64,000 nucleotides of DNA from Streptococcus parasanguinis (GTDB lineage Bacteria > Bacillota > Bacilli > Lactobacillales > Streptococcaceae). How positions within the stretch are numbered: the first letter of the stretch is position 1; every line of letters begins with the position of its first letter. The DNA lies in contig JAWGIA010000003.1 in the NCBI GenBank assembly GCA_032560535.1, positions 10,842 through 74,841 of the forward strand, written 5' to 3'. Below are positions 34,409 through 45,463 of the stretch, one piece after another. A model generated the notes under the pieces. The model made no database searches, had not been told where the DNA came from, and saw only the letters and a program-made list of their open reading frames with translations. The translations under genes were made by a program, and so were the position numbers.

Positions 34409-37027
34409 ATGAAACAATTATCTAGTGCACAAGTCCGCCAAATGTGGCTTGATTTCTGGGCAAGCAAAGGTCACTCTGTAGAACCATCTGTTAGCTTGGT
34501 TCCAGTAAACGATCCAACACTTTTGTGGATCAACTCAGGGGTTGCCACTCTTAAGAAATACTTCGATGGAACCATCAAACCTGAAAATCCACGGATTACC
34601 AATGCTCAAAAAGCCATCCGTACCAATGATATCGAAAACGTAGGGAAAACTGCTCGTCACCATACCATGTTTGAAATGTTGGGGAATTTCTCAATCGGAG
34701 ATTACTTCCGTGATGAAGCCATTACGTGGGCTTATGAACTTTTGACAAGTCCGGAATGGTTTGACTTCCCCAAAGACAAACTTTACATGACCTATTACCC
34801 TGACGACAAGGATTCATACAACCGTTGGATCGCTGTTGGGGTAGATCCAAGTCACTTGATCCCAATCGAAGACAACTTCTGGGAAATCGGTGCGGGGCCT
34901 TCTGGACCAGATACAGAAATCTTCTTTGACCGTGGAGAAGCCTTTGACCCTGAAAATATCGGTCTTCGTCTGCTTGCAGAAGATATCGAAAACGACCGTT
35001 ACATCGAAATCTGGAACATTGTCTTGTCACAATTTAACGCTGACCCAGCAGTTCCTCGTAGCGAATACAAGGAATTACCACACAAGAACATTGATACGGG
35101 CGCTGGTTTGGAACGTTTGGTAGCCGTTATCCAAGGAGCGAAGACCAACTTTGAAACAGACCTCTTCATGCCGATCATCCGTGAAGTGGAAAAGATGTCT
35201 GGTAAAACCTATGATCCAGATGGCGATAACATGAGCTTCAAGGTGATTGCTGACCACATCCGTTCGCTTTCATTTGCGATTGGAGATGGGGCTCTTCCAG
35301 GTAATGAAGGACGCGGTTACGTTCTTCGTCGTCTCCTCCGTCGTGCTTCCATGCATGGTCAAAAATTGGGGATCGAAGGAACCTTCTTGTATAAATTGGT
35401 TCCAACTGTTGGGAAGATCATGGAAAGCTACTACCCAGAAGTACTTGAAAAACAAGACTTTATTGAAAAAATCATCAAGAGTGAAGAAGAATCATTTGCT
35501 CGTACCTTGAACTCTGGTCAACACTTTGCCCAAACTATCGTTGAAGACTTGAAAGCCAAAGGTCAAACAGTGATTGCTGGTCAAGATGTCTTTAAACTTT
35601 ATGATACATACGGATTCCCAGTAGAATTGACAGAAGAAATCGCTGAAGAAGCTGGAATGACGGTCGATCGTGACGGTTTTGAAGCGGCTATGAAGGAACA
35701 ACAAGAACGGGCGCGTGCATCTGCTGTCAAAGGTGGATCTATGGGGATGCAAAATGAAACCCTTCAAAACATTACAGTTGAAAGTAGCTTCAACTACAAT
35801 GCCAGCCAATTGCCTTCTAAGTTGGTGGCTATCGTAGCAGATAATGCTGAAGTAGAGGCTGTTTCAGAAGGAACTGCATCACTGATCTTTGCAGAAACTC
35901 CATTCTACGCTGAAATGGGTGGACAAGTTGCGGACCATGGTCAAATCTTGGATGCTACAGGAAATGTCGTAGCTACTGTAACAGATGTACAAAAGGCACC
36001 AAATGGACAACCACTTCATACTGTTGAAGTTCTTGCTCCTCTTGCCTTGAACCAAGAATACACCTTGGCGATCGATACCAATCGTCGTCATCGTGTCATG
36101 AAGAACCACACTGCAACTCACTTGCTCCATGCCGCTCTTCACAATATCCTTGGTAACCACGCAACCCAAGCAGGATCTCTCAACGAAGTAGAATTCCTTC
36201 GCTTTGACTTTACCCACTTCCAAGCCGTAACTCCTGAAGAATTGCGCGCTATTGAACAACAAGTCAATGAAAAGATTTGGGAAGCGATCGCAGTCGAAAC
36301 GATTGAAACAGATATAGATACTGCTAAAGAAATGGGAGCCATGGCCCTCTTTGGTGAAAAATACGGTAAAGAAGTCCGTGTTGTCACTATCGGTGATTAC
36401 TCAGTAGAGCTTTGTGGTGGTACTCACGTAGGTAACACTTCTGAAATTGGACTCTTCAAGATTGTCAAAGAAGAAGGGATCGGATCAGGAACTCGTCGTA
36501 TCTTGGCAGTGACTGGTAAGGAAGCCTTCGAAGCTTATCGTGAACAAGAAGATGCACTGAAAGCAGTCGCAGCAACCTTGAAAGCACCTCAACTCAAAGA
36601 AGTCCCTCACAAGGTTGAAGGTCTTCAAGAACAACTCCGTCAATTGCAAAAAGAAAATGCAGAATTGAAGGAAAAAGCAGCAGCAGCGGCAGCAGGCGAT
36701 GTCTTCAAGAATGTTCAAGAAGCAAACGGCCACCGTTACATTGCCAGCCAAGTTTCTGTTTCAGACGCAGGTGCTCTTCGTACCTTTGCGGATAACTGGA
36801 AACAAAAAGATTACTCTGATGTGCTTGTTCTTGTCGCAGCCATCGGTGACAAGGTCAATGTCCTTGTAGCCAGCAAGACAAAAGAAGTCCATGCAGGTAA
36901 TGTGATCAAAGAATTGGCTCCAATCGTCGATGGACGTGGTGGTGGTAAACCAGACATGGCCATGGCAGGAGGAAGCAACCAAGCGAAGATCCAAGAATTG
37001 TTGGATGCCGTAGCAGGTAAATTGTAA
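34409..37027 (+). CDS. alaS: Alanine--tRNA ligase
   Basis: 872 aa with [17 protein letters not shown] and the editing-domain motifs HTATHLLH and CGGTH. Confidence 0.98.
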   Translation: MKQLSSAQVRQMWLDFWASKGHSVEPSVSLVPVNDPTLLWINSGVATLKKYFDGTIKPENPRITNAQKAIRTNDIENVGKTARHHTMFEMLGNFSIGDYFRDEAITWAYELLTSPEWFDFPKDKLYMTYYPDDKDSYNRWIAVGVDPSHLIPIEDNFWEIGAGPSGPDTEIFFDRGEAFDPENIGLRLLAEDIENDRYIEIWNIVLSQFNADPAVPRSEYKELPHKNIDTGAGLERLVAVIQGAKTNFETDLFMPIIREVEKMSGKTYDPDGDNMSFKVIADHIRSLSFAIGDGALPGNEGRGYVLRRLLRRASMHGQKLGIEGTFLYKLVPTVGKIMESYYPEVLEKQDFIEKIIKSEEESFARTLNSGQHFAQTIVEDLKAKGQTVIAGQDVFKLYDTYGFPVELTEEIAEEAGMTVDRDGFEAAMKEQQERARASAVKGGSMGMQNETLQNITVESSFNYNASQLPSKLVAIVADNAEVEAVSEGTASLIFAETPFYAEMGGQVADHGQILDATGNVVATVTDVQKAPNGQPLHTVEVLAPLALNQEYTLAIDTNRRHRVMKNHTATHLLHAALHNILGNHATQAGSLNEVEFLRFDFTHFQAVTPEELRAIEQQVNEKIWEAIAVETIETDIDTAKEMGAMALFGEKYGKEVRVVTIGDYSVELCGGTHVGNTSEIGLFKIVKEEGIGSGTRRILAVTGKEAFEAYREQEDALKAVAATLKAPQLKEVPHKVEGLQEQLRQLQKENAELKEKAAAAAAGDVFKNVQEANGHRYIASQVSVSDAGALRTFADNWKQKDYSDVLVLVAAIGDKVNVLVASKTKEVHAGNVIKELAPIVDGRGGGKPDMAMAGGSNQAKIQELLDAVAGKL

Positions 37028-37034
37028 TAATAGG

Positions 37035-37065
37035 AGAGGTTGGATGTTTGTTCAACCTCTTTTTT
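37035..37065 (+). terminator. Rho-independent terminator after alaS
   Basis: AGAGGTTG...CAACCTCT then TTTTT. Confidence 0.75.
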
Positions 37066-37103
37066 CAAAAAAGAAGCAGATCCAATTAGAAAAAGATTGC
37101 AAC

Positions 37104-37134
37104 AAAAAAACCTTTCCGTCTGGAAAGGTTTTTG
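37104..37134 (-). terminator. Terminator after nrdF (bidirectional shape)
   Basis: AAAAAAA-CCTTTCC-gtct-GGAAAGG-TTTTT. Confidence 0.75.
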
Positions 37135-37136
37135 TC

Positions 37137-38096
37137 TTATAGTCCGTAGTTATAATCGTCATCCTGCATGGCTTCTACTTCACCGAGAAGGTAACCATTT
37201 CCGACTTGAGAGAAGAAGTCGTGGTTAGAGGTACCGGTTGAGATTCCGTTCATGACGATTGGGTTAACGTCATCTGCTGAGTCTGGGAAAAGCGGATCTT
37301 GTCCCAAGTTCATGAGGGCTTTATTGGCATTGTAGCGAAGGAAGGTTTTGACTTCCTCTGTCCAGCCCACTCCGTCATAGAGGCTCTCTGTGTAGCCTTC
37401 TTCATTCTCATAGAGGGTGTAGAGAAGATCATACATCCATTCTTTGAGTTTCTCTTGTTCTTCTTCTGGTAATTCGTTAAATCCAAGTTGGAACTTGTAG
37501 CCGATATAGGTTCCGTGAACTGATTCGTCCCGGATGATCAACTTGATGATTTCAGCTACGTTGGCCAATTTGTTGTTTCCAAGATAGTAGAGAGGTGTGA
37601 AGAAACCAGAGTAGAAGAGGAAGGTTTCAAGGAAAACGCTGGCGACTTTCTTTTCAAGAGGGGTCCCATTGAGATAGATTTCGTTGATGATTTCTGCCTT
37701 CTTTTGAAGGAAAGGATTGGTGTTGGTCCATTCGAAAATCTCTTCGATTTCTGACTTAGTATTCAAAGTAGAAAAGATAGAAGAGTATGACTTAGCATGG
37801 ACAGATTCCATAAATTGGATGTTGTTAAAGACAGCTTCTTCATGGGGAGTACGAATATCCGCACGAAGAGCCTGAACACCTGTTTCAGATTGCATGGTAT
37901 CTAGAAGAGTTAATCCCCCAAAGACTTTACCAACTAGGTCTTTTTCTTTATTCGACAACTTTCTCCAGTCATCCAAGTCGTTTGACAAAGGGATACGTGT
38001 ATCCAACCAGAATTGCTCTGTCAGTTTTTCCCAGGTCGATTTATCGATGACATCTTCGATCGCATTCCAGTTAATGGCTTTGTAGTATGTTTCCAT
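37137..38096 (-). CDS. nrdF: Class Ib ribonucleotide reductase beta subunit
   Basis: The ORF extends to GTG 38105. ATG 38096 (METYYKAINWNAIEDV...) matches usual NrdF N-termini, so the start is uncertain by 3 codons. Confidence 0.93.
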   Translation of the reverse strand: METYYKAINWNAIEDVIDKSTWEKLTEQFWLDTRIPLSNDLDDWRKLSNKEKDLVGKVFGGLTLLDTMQSETGVQALRADIRTPHEEAVFNNIQFMESVHAKSYSSIFSTLNTKSEIEEIFEWTNTNPFLQKKAEIINEIYLNGTPLEKKVASVFLETFLFYSGFFTPLYYLGNNKLANVAEIIKLIIRDESVHGTYIGYKFQLGFNELPEEEQEKLKEWMYDLLYTLYENEEGYTESLYDGVGWTEEVKTFLRYNANKALMNLGQDPLFPDSADDVNPIVMNGISTGTSNHDFFSQVGNGYLLGEVEAMQDDDYNYGL

Positions 38097-38134
38097 TTGC
38101 ATCACTTTCTTTTTCTATTCATTCAATCGTTACT

Positions 38135-38143
38135 ATTCTACCA
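38135..38143 (-). promoter_or_regulatory. Extended -10 candidate for an nrdF-proximal promoter
   Basis: The minus strand reads TGgTAGAAT, downstream of the nrdE terminator-like hairpin. Confidence 0.4.
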
Positions 38144-38163
38144 TAAATTGATAGAATACCGCA

Positions 38164-38187
38164 CAAAAAGTCGGCGAACCGACTTTT
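38164..38187 (-). terminator. Terminator-like hairpin between nrdE and nrdF
   Basis: The minus strand reads AAAAGTCGG-ttcg-CCGACTTTT then TG. Confidence 0.5.
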
Positions 38188-38209
38188 GATAGCTATCTAG
38201 GATAGCGGA

Positions 38210-40369
38210 TTAGATGACACAGCTTTCACATTGGTTGGCGCCAACTTCTCCACCATCATCTGTAAAGGTACGGACGTAGTAGATAGACTTGATACCCTTG
38301 TTAAAGGCGTAGTTTCGAAGGATAGACAAGTCACGAGTGGTTTGTTTGTTTTCAGTTTTCCATTCGTAAAGACCCTTTGGAATATCGCTGCGCATAAAGA
38401 GAGTCAGTGAAAGACCTTGGTCTACATGCTCAGTTGCAGCAGCATAGACATCGATGACTTTTCTCATATCCATGTCGTAGGCAGAAGTGTAGTAAGGAAT
38501 CGTTTCCGTTGACAATCCTGCTGCAGGGTAGTAGATCTTACCGATTTTCTTCTCTTGACGTTCTTCAATCCGTTGTGTAATTGGGTGGATAGAAGCAGAT
38601 ACGTCATTGATGTAGCTGATAGATCCATTTGGTGCGACAGCCAAGCGGTTTTGGTGGTAAAGACCATCTGCTTGAACTTTAGCACGCAGTTCTGCCCAAT
38701 CCTCTGCACTTGGGATAAAGATATCTTTAAAGAGTTCTTTGACGCGATCAGATTTTGGTACAAATTCTCCAGTCGTGTACTTATCAAAGTAAGTACCGTT
38801 GGCATAGTCTGATTTTTCGAAGTTGTGGAAGGTAACACCACGTTCGCGCGCAATGTTATTTGATTCTACGAGAGTCCAGTAGTTCATGAGCATGAAGTAG
38901 ATACTTGTGAACTCAACAGACTCAGGTGATCCGTATTCAATCAATTGTTGCGCAAGGTAGCTGTGAAGTCCCATAGCTCCAAGTCCGAACGAATGCGCCA
39001 GTTTATTTCCGTGGTCAATAGTTGGAACGGCTACGATATGAGAGCTATCTGTAACGAAGGTCAAAGCACGAACCATGGCACGAATCGAACGACCAAAATC
39101 AGGTGAAGTCATCATGTTAACTACGTTGGTTGAACCAAGGTTACATGAGACGTCTGTTCCCATTTGGACAAATTCTTGGGCATCGTTGATCAAGCTTGGT
39201 TCTTGAACCTGGAGGATCTCTGAACACAAGTTACTCATGATGATTTTTCCATCAACAGGGTTTGCCCGGTTAGCAGTATCAATGTTGACTACATATGGAT
39301 AGCCAGATTCTTGTTGCAATTTAGAAATTTCAGTTTCTAAATCACGTGCCTTAATTTTTGTCTTGCGGATATTTGGATTAGCAACCAACTCATCGTATTT
39401 TTCAGTGATGTCGATGTAGTTAAATGGTACTCCGTATTCACGTTCCACAGAGTATGGGCTGAAGAGGTACATTTCTTCATTTTTACGAGCCAATTCATAG
39501 AATTTGTCTGGCACGACTACCCCAAGTGAGAGAGTCTTCACCCGAACTTTTTCATCAGCATTTTCTTTCTTAGTAGAAAGAAAGGCAATGATGTCTGGGT
39601 GGAAGACGTTGAGGTAAACCACCCCAGCCCCTTGGCGTTGTCCCAATTGGTTAGAGTAAGAGAAGCTATCTTCAAAGAGTTTCATAACAGGTACGACCCC
39701 AGAAGCGGCTCCTTCATACCCTTTGATTGGTGCTCCAGCTTCACGAAGGTTGCTGAGGGAAATCCCAACCCCACCACCGATACGTGAAAGTTGAAGGGCA
39801 GAGTTGATGGAACGTCCGATCGCATTCATATCATCAGTTACTTGGATCAAGAAACATGAAACCAATTCTCCACGGCGGGCACGACCAGCATTTAAGAAAG
39901 AAGGAGTAGCTGGTTGGTAGCGTTGGTGGATAATTTCGTTTGCGATGTCTCGTGCGATAGCTTCATTTCCATCTGCAAAATAGAGAGCATTGAAGAAGAC
40001 ACGGTCTTCCATGCTTTCAAGATAGTATTCTCCATCATTTGTTTTCAAAGCGTATTGGTTATAGAATTTGTAGGCCGCCATGAAGGACTTGAATTGGAAG
40101 TTTTGGTCTTTGATAAATTGGGCCAATTCCTCTAAAAATTCAGGACGGTATTTCTCGATAAAAGCTCTCTCAATGTAATTGTGCTCGAGAAGGTACTGAA
40201 TCTTGTCTGAAATCGAGTCAAAGGCTTTAGTATTTGGTACAACATTTTCTTTAAAGAACGCATCCAAAGCTTCTTTATCTTTATGAAGCATGATTTGGCC
40301 GTTTACTGGACGGTTGATTTCATTGTTAAGACGAAAATACGTCACATCTTCAAGAGATTTTAATCCCAT
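38210..40369 (-). CDS. nrdE: Class Ib ribonucleotide reductase alpha subunit
   Basis: 719 aa. The C-terminal CESCVI tail and NLCSEI active-site region are typical of NrdE. Confidence 0.97.
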   Translation of the reverse strand: MGLKSLEDVTYFRLNNEINRPVNGQIMLHKDKEALDAFFKENVVPNTKAFDSISDKIQYLLEHNYIERAFIEKYRPEFLEELAQFIKDQNFQFKSFMAAYKFYNQYALKTNDGEYYLESMEDRVFFNALYFADGNEAIARDIANEIIHQRYQPATPSFLNAGRARRGELVSCFLIQVTDDMNAIGRSINSALQLSRIGGGVGISLSNLREAGAPIKGYEGAASGVVPVMKLFEDSFSYSNQLGQRQGAGVVYLNVFHPDIIAFLSTKKENADEKVRVKTLSLGVVVPDKFYELARKNEEMYLFSPYSVEREYGVPFNYIDITEKYDELVANPNIRKTKIKARDLETEISKLQQESGYPYVVNIDTANRANPVDGKIIMSNLCSEILQVQEPSLINDAQEFVQMGTDVSCNLGSTNVVNMMTSPDFGRSIRAMVRALTFVTDSSHIVAVPTIDHGNKLAHSFGLGAMGLHSYLAQQLIEYGSPESVEFTSIYFMLMNYWTLVESNNIARERGVTFHNFEKSDYANGTYFDKYTTGEFVPKSDRVKELFKDIFIPSAEDWAELRAKVQADGLYHQNRLAVAPNGSISYINDVSASIHPITQRIEERQEKKIGKIYYPAAGLSTETIPYYTSAYDMDMRKVIDVYAAATEHVDQGLSLTLFMRSDIPKGLYEWKTENKQTTRDLSILRNYAFNKGIKSIYYVRTFTDDGGEVGANQCESCVI

Positions 40370-40482
40370 AATAATCCTTTTCTAGTTCAAAAAATGAAGA
40401 GGAGAAGTCCTCTCTTTCCAAGTAAAAAGTCTAGTGTTAGGTTGCTAACGCTAGACCCTATTTAAGCAAAATACTGTGTTTA

Positions 40483-40701
40483 TTATGAAAGTTTCTTCAA
40501 CTTAGCTGGTTGAAAACCAGAAAATACTTCATCCGGTGTTTGAATAACTGGAGCAGCATTGAAGCCAAGGTTCTTAACATGCTCTACAAATTCTGGCTGT
40601 TCGTCTAAGTTAATTTCGCGGTATTCCACATGATTGCTATCAAGGAATCGCTTGGTCATTTTGCATTGAACACAATTATTTTTTGAATAAATGGTTACCA
40701 T
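40483..40701 (-). CDS. nrdH: Glutaredoxin-like protein NrdH
   Basis: 72 aa with the CVQC redox motif, upstream of nrdE. Confidence 0.9.
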   Translation of the reverse strand: MVTIYSKNNCVQCKMTKRFLDSNHVEYREINLDEQPEFVEHVKNLGFNAAPVIQTPDEVFSGFQPAKLKKLS

Positions 40702-40740
40702 TTCTTTTCCGTTCTCCTATCGAAATATAAATCTGTAAAC

Positions 40741-40769
40741 AGTATAAACAAAATCCAGCAACTTGTCAA
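40741..40769 (-). promoter_or_regulatory. nrdH promoter
   Basis: The minus strand reads TTGACA (40769-40764), 17-nt spacer, TATACT (40746-40741). Confidence 0.6.
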
Positions 40770-40777
40770 CAAAATAA

Positions 40778-40791
40778 AACTAAATATTGTG
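40778..40791. promoter_or_regulatory. NrdR box (proximal, imperfect)
   Basis: AACTAAATATTGTG matches 11 of 14 positions of the distal palindrome. Confidence 0.45.
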
Positions 40792-40818
40792 CAAAGATAT
40801 GAAATGGAGTTTTCAAAG

Positions 40819-40832
40819 CACAATATATTGTG
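40819..40832. promoter_or_regulatory. NrdR box (distal, perfect palindrome)
   Basis: CACAATATATTGTG matches the NrdR-box consensus acaCwAtATaTwGtgt. Confidence 0.65.
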
Positions 40833-41084
40833 GTGAGTGAAAAGCGTGAAAATCGAAGAAATGGGATAGGAATAGGCTTTAAAGCATCTTTAATTAGTTA
40901 TAATTTTTTGGTGAATCAATATCCTGTGGTTCAAGAGCTTCTTTTCATTGAAAGCGGAGGAAAATGTTACTTATAATATAGTAGAAAATTGAAAAGATAT
41001 TTCCTCTGTTCTTCAGGTGCTTCTTAAAATGTATCTAAATTGGGATTTTTCGCAGTCTTTTTCTGTAAGTCAGTGATAAAAATC

Positions 41085-41113
41085 TTGAAAAAAATTTCAA
41101 AAGATGATATAAT
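41085..41113 (+). promoter_or_regulatory. Proximal ptsH promoter
   Basis: TTGAAA 41085-41090, 17-nt spacer, TATAAT 41108-41113. A second good promoter (TTGAAA 40948-40953, 18-nt spacer, TATAAT 40972-40977) lies about 135 bp upstream. Confidence 0.6.
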
Positions 41114-41176
41114 ACCAAATTGTAAGGGTTATCAAAAGGTAACTCAAAAACTATTTTTAAAAAGGAGAGTCAAACT

Positions 41177-41440
41177 ATGGCTTCTAAAGATTTCCACATC
41201 GTGGCAGAAACAGGTATCCACGCACGTCCAGCAACTTTGTTGGTTCAAACTGCTAGCAAATTTGCTTCAGATATTACTCTTGAATACAAAGGTAAATCAG
41301 TTAACTTGAAATCAATCATGGGTGTTATGAGCCTTGGTGTTGGTCAAGGAGCAGACGTTGTAATCTCTGCAGAAGGTGCTGACGCTGATGATGCTATCGC
41401 AGCTATCTCAGAAACAATGACTAAAGAAGGATTGGCTTAA
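41177..41440 (+). CDS. ptsH: Phosphocarrier protein HPr
   Basis: 87 aa with the His15 region GIHARPAT and the Ser46 region [10 protein letters not shown]. Confidence 0.98.
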   Translation: MASKDFHIVAETGIHARPATLLVQTASKFASDITLEYKGKSVNLKSIMGVMSLGVGQGADVVISAEGADADDAIAAISETMTKEGLA

Positions 41441-41443
41441 AAT

Positions 41444-43177
41444 ATGACAAAAATGCTAAAAGGAATTGCAGCATCTGACGGTGTTGCCGTTGCTAAGGCA
41501 TATTTGCTCATTCAACCAGACTTATCATTTGAGACTGTTTCAGTCGAAGATACAAGTGCAGAAGAAGCTCGTTTGGATGCAGCTCTTGAAGCTTCACAAA
41601 ACGAGCTTTCTCTTATTCGGGAGAATGCAGTAGCAAGCCTTGGTGAAGAAGCAGCGCAAGTTTTTGATGCGCATATGATGGTTCTTGCTGACCCTGAAAT
41701 GATTGGTCAGATCAAAGAAACGATTCGTACGAAAAAAATCAATGCAGAAGCTGGCTTGAAAGAAGTCACTGACATGTTCATTGCGATCTTTGAAGGAATG
41801 GAAGACAATCCTTACATGCAAGAACGTGCAGCAGATATTCGTGACGTTACCAAACGTGTCCTTGCCAACTTGCTTGGTAAAAAATTGCCAAACCCTGCTT
41901 CTATCAATGAAGAAGCAATCGTGGTTGCGCATGACTTGACTCCATCTGATACAGCACAGTTGAACAAAAAGTATGTAAAAGCTTTTGTTACGAATATCGG
42001 TGGACGTACCAGTCACTCAGCTATCATGGCTCGTACACTTGAAATCGCAGCTGTTCTTGGTACAAATAACATCACAGAACTTGTCAAAGATGGCGATGTT
42101 TTGGCTGTTTCAGGGATCACTGGTGAAGTAGTGATCAACCCTACTGAAGAACAAATCGCAGAGTTCAAAGCAGCTGGTGAAGCTTATGCGAAACAAAAAG
42201 CTGAATGGGCTCTCCTTAAAGATGCGAAAACAGTGACTGCTGATGGAAAACACTTCGAGTTGGCTGCCAACATCGGTACACCTAAAGATGTTGAAGGTGT
42301 AAACGATAATGGTGCAGAAGCTGTTGGTCTCTATCGTACAGAATTCTTGTACATGGATTCTCAAGACTTCCCTACAGAAGATGACCAATACGAAGCTTAC
42401 AAAGCTGTTCTTGAAGGTATGAACGGTAAACCTGTGGTTGTTCGTACAATGGATATCGGTGGGGATAAAGAACTTCCTTATTTCGACCTTCCTAAAGAAA
42501 TGAACCCATTCTTAGGTTTCCGTGCTTTGCGTATTTCTATCTCTGAAACTGGTAACCAAATGTTCCGCACACAATTGCGTGCCTTGCTTCGTGCATCTGT
42601 TCACGGTAAATTGCGGATCATGTTCCCAATGGTTGCTTTGTTGACTGAGTTCCGTACAGCTAAAGGTATTCTTGAAGAAGAAAAAGCGAAATTGCTTGCT
42701 GAAGGTGTTGCTGTGGCAGATGATATCCAAGTAGGGATCATGATTGAAATCCCAGCTGCTGCGATGCTTGCGGACCAATTTGCTAAGGAAGTTGATTTCT
42801 TCTCAATTGGTACAAACGACTTGATCCAATACACAATGGCTGCTGACCGTATGAACGAACAAGTTTCATACCTTTACCAACCATATAACCCATCTATCCT
42901 TCGTTTGATCAACAACGTGATCAAGGCGGCTCACGCTGAAGGCAAATGGGCTGGTATGTGTGGTGAAATGGCCGGTGACCAAACTGCTGTTCCACTTCTT
43001 GTCGGAATGGGCTTGGATGAGTTCTCTATGTCAGCTACATCTGTCCTTCGTACACGTAGCTTGATGAAGAAACTCGACACAGCTAAAATGCAAGAATACG
43101 CTAACCGTGCTCTTACTGAATGTTCAACAATGGAAGAAGTTCTTGAACTTTCAAAAGAATACGTGAACGTAGACTAA
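41444..43177 (+). CDS. ptsI: PTS Enzyme I (phosphoenolpyruvate-protein phosphotransferase)
   Basis: 577 aa with the active-site His region [12 protein letters not shown]. Confidence 0.98.
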   Translation: MTKMLKGIAASDGVAVAKAYLLIQPDLSFETVSVEDTSAEEARLDAALEASQNELSLIRENAVASLGEEAAQVFDAHMMVLADPEMIGQIKETIRTKKINAEAGLKEVTDMFIAIFEGMEDNPYMQERAADIRDVTKRVLANLLGKKLPNPASINEEAIVVAHDLTPSDTAQLNKKYVKAFVTNIGGRTSHSAIMARTLEIAAVLGTNNITELVKDGDVLAVSGITGEVVINPTEEQIAEFKAAGEAYAKQKAEWALLKDAKTVTADGKHFELAANIGTPKDVEGVNDNGAEAVGLYRTEFLYMDSQDFPTEDDQYEAYKAVLEGMNGKPVVVRTMDIGGDKELPYFDLPKEMNPFLGFRALRISISETGNQMFRTQLRALLRASVHGKLRIMFPMVALLTEFRTAKGILEEEKAKLLAEGVAVADDIQVGIMIEIPAAAMLADQFAKEVDFFSIGTNDLIQYTMAADRMNEQVSYLYQPYNPSILRLINNVIKAAHAEGKWAGMCGEMAGDQTAVPLLVGMGLDEFSMSATSVLRTRSLMKKLDTAKMQEYANRALTECSTMEEVLELSKEYVNVD

Positions 43178-43186
43178 GAATTCAAC

Positions 43187-43219
43187 AAGACTAAGACAAA
43201 TCTGTCTTAGTCTTTTTTT
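43187..43219 (+). terminator. Rho-independent terminator after ptsI
   Basis: AAGACTAAGACA-aatc-TGTCTTAGTCTT then TTTTT. Confidence 0.85.
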
Positions 43220-43300
43220 ACATTGTTCATAAAAATGTTCATTTTATTCGTAATAAACTAGTTAGTAATAAAAATAGTGATTTAAATGTTCGGTTTTTGT

Positions 43301-43328
43301 TTGATTTTCCTCGTATATATAGTATAAT
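43301..43328 (+). promoter_or_regulatory. Distal promoter in the glgB upstream region
   Basis: TTGATT 43301-43306, 16-nt spacer, TATAAT 43323-43328. Confidence 0.5.
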
Positions 43329-43432
43329 CGTAAGTAAGATAAGGAGGATGACCAAGGAAGGATCGAAAAGGTTCGGGAAAGAAAATGGAAAAACTTTTCC
43401 TGATAATTTTACATGATTTTACAGGAATCAAC

Positions 43433-43461
43433 TTGAAAATTAAGTGATTTTATAGTAGAAT
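43433..43461 (+). promoter_or_regulatory. Proximal glgB promoter
   Basis: TTGAAA 43433-43438, 17-nt spacer, TAGAAT 43456-43461. Confidence 0.55.
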
Positions 43462-43471
43462 AATACCAAAT

Positions 43472-43485
43472 AGAAAACGCTTTCA
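43472..43485 (+). promoter_or_regulatory. cre-like site just downstream of the glgB proximal -10
   Basis: AGAAAACGCTTTCA versus TGWAANCGNTNWCA; only position 1 deviates. Confidence 0.5.
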
Positions 43486-43505
43486 AAAAACAAAGAGGTG
43501 AGTAT

Positions 43506-45413
43506 ATGGATAGAAGCACAGACTTATGGACATTTGGAAGAGGGGATAATTTCCATCTTCAAGAGTACTTAGGAGCTCACAAGGAAACAAGGGGAGAACA
43601 AGAAGGCTTTACCTTCCGTGTTTGGGCTCCCAATGCTCAGGCGGTGGATCTGATTGGTGATTTCACTGATTGGGAAGCTCGTAAAATTCCAATGGTTCGT
43701 AATGAAGGAGGCGTCTGGGAAGTCTTCTGTTCCGATGCAAAAGAGGGAGATATATACAAGTATTTGGTGACTCGACAAAATGGTCATCAGGTGCAAAAAA
43801 TCGATCCTCTAGCATTATGGATGGAAAAGAGACCCAATACAGGATCTATTATTAAGACCATTCCAGAGAAAAACTGGAAAGATGGTCTCTGGAGAGCACG
43901 CCGCAAAAAACTTGGTTTTAAGGAACGACCTGTTAATATTTATGAGGTTCACGCAGGATCGTGGAAACGTAATGAGGATCACAGTTCCTATACCTTCAAA
44001 CAACTAAAAGAAGAATTGATTCCATATTTGGTGGAGATGAACTACACCCACGTGGAATTTATGCCAGTGATGGCCCATCCATTGGGCTTGAGTTGGGGCT
44101 ATCAGCTCATGGGATATTTTGCACTCGAGCAGACTTATGGTAGCCCAGAAGAGTTTCAAGACTTCGTGGAAGAATGCCACCTCAACAATATCGGAGTGAT
44201 CGTGGATTGGGTACCAGGACATTTCATTATCAATGATGATGCCTTGGCTTATTATGATGGAACACCAACCTTTGAATACCAGGATGAACATCGTGCTCAT
44301 AACTACGGATGGGGAGCCTTGAACTTCGATTTAGGGAAGAATCAAGTCCAGTCATTCTTGATTTCTAGTTTGAAGTTTTGGATTGATACCTATCATTTAG
44401 ATGGGATTCGGGTCGATGCTGTGAGCAATATGCTCTATCTTGACTACGATAGCGGTCCATGGACACCAAATATTGATGGTGGAAACCTCAACTACGAAGG
44501 CGTTCATTTCCTTAGACGGTTGAATGCGATTATCAAGAACGAACACCCAGATGTCATGATGATTGCAGAAGAAAGTTCTGCTGGTCAAAAGATCACGGGT
44601 CCTGAAGAAGAAGGTGGACTTGGCTTTGACTATAAATGGAATATGGGGTGGATGAATGATATCCTTCGATTCTACGAAGAAGATCCCATCTACCGGAAAT
44701 TTGACTTTAACCTGGTAACCTTTAGTTTCATGTATGCATTTTCTGAAAACTTCTTACTACCATTTTCACATGATGAAGTGGTGCATGGTAAGAAGAGTTT
44801 GATGCATAAGATGTGGGGAGATCGTTACAATCAATTTGCTGGACTCCGTAACCTCTTGACCTATCAGATTTGCCATCCAGGTAAGAAATTACTCTTTATG
44901 GGTTCAGAATTTGGTCAATTTTTGGAATGGAAGTCAGAAGAGCAATTGGAATGGGGCAATCTAGAGGATGAAATGAATGCTAAGATGCGTCGTTTCACTT
45001 CTCAGCTCAATCATTTCTACAAAGAACACAAGGAATTGTGGGAGATTGATGATAGCTTTGATGGCTTAGAGATTATTGATGCAGATAACCGGGATCAGAG
45101 CGTCTTGTCTATGATCCGGAAAAATCGTAAAGGCGATCTTTTGGTGTGCGTCTTCAATATGGCACCAGTAGAACGCAAGGACTTTACGATTGGTGTGCCT
45201 GTATCAGCGGTCTATGAAGAAATTTGGAATACAGAATTAGAAGAATGGGGAGGTGTCTGGAAAGAGCACAATCCGACAGTTCAGTCTCAAGATGGACTGT
45301 GGAAGGATTATGAACAAACTTTGACCTTTACTTTGCCGGCTTTAGGGGCTAGCATTTGGAAGGTGAAACGGAAGGTTCGCAAAACGAAATCTAAAACATC
45401 AGATAAAAAATGA
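43506..45413 (+). CDS. glgB: 1,4-alpha-glucan branching enzyme
   Basis: 635 aa, GH13. Motifs DWVPGHF and GIRVDAV. Confidence 0.95.
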   Translation: MDRSTDLWTFGRGDNFHLQEYLGAHKETRGEQEGFTFRVWAPNAQAVDLIGDFTDWEARKIPMVRNEGGVWEVFCSDAKEGDIYKYLVTRQNGHQVQKIDPLALWMEKRPNTGSIIKTIPEKNWKDGLWRARRKKLGFKERPVNIYEVHAGSWKRNEDHSSYTFKQLKEELIPYLVEMNYTHVEFMPVMAHPLGLSWGYQLMGYFALEQTYGSPEEFQDFVEECHLNNIGVIVDWVPGHFIINDDALAYYDGTPTFEYQDEHRAHNYGWGALNFDLGKNQVQSFLISSLKFWIDTYHLDGIRVDAVSNMLYLDYDSGPWTPNIDGGNLNYEGVHFLRRLNAIIKNEHPDVMMIAEESSAGQKITGPEEEGGLGFDYKWNMGWMNDILRFYEEDPIYRKFDFNLVTFSFMYAFSENFLLPFSHDEVVHGKKSLMHKMWGDRYNQFAGLRNLLTYQICHPGKKLLFMGSEFGQFLEWKSEEQLEWGNLEDEMNAKMRRFTSQLNHFYKEHKELWEIDDSFDGLEIIDADNRDQSVLSMIRKNRKGDLLVCVFNMAPVERKDFTIGVPVSAVYEEIWNTELEEWGGVWKEHNPTVQSQDGLWKDYEQTLTFTLPALGASIWKVKRKVRKTKSKTSDKK

Positions 45414-45463
45414 TGATCGGTTGACTCTAAGGGAGTCCAAGCTTTAAAAAGAGGAAGTAGTCA

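Noticed and set aside
41040-41309. 89-aa ORF overlapping the ptsH promoter and start
   Set aside because: It is out of frame with the unambiguous HPr gene and covers the ptsH promoter and SD.
43245-43252. TACGAATA on the minus strand (TATTCGTA), pointing antisense into the ptsI terminator
   Set aside because: It has a T-rich upstream tract but no ORF or obvious transcript target. It is most likely a chance 8-mer. Only strand-specific RNA-seq of competent cells could rescue it.
43346-43414. 22-codon ORF (MTKEGSKRFGKENGKTFPDNFT) after the distal glg promoter
   Set aside because: The AGGAGG abuts the ATG with zero spacing, which is unfavourable for initiation. The peptide is hydrophilic and featureless.
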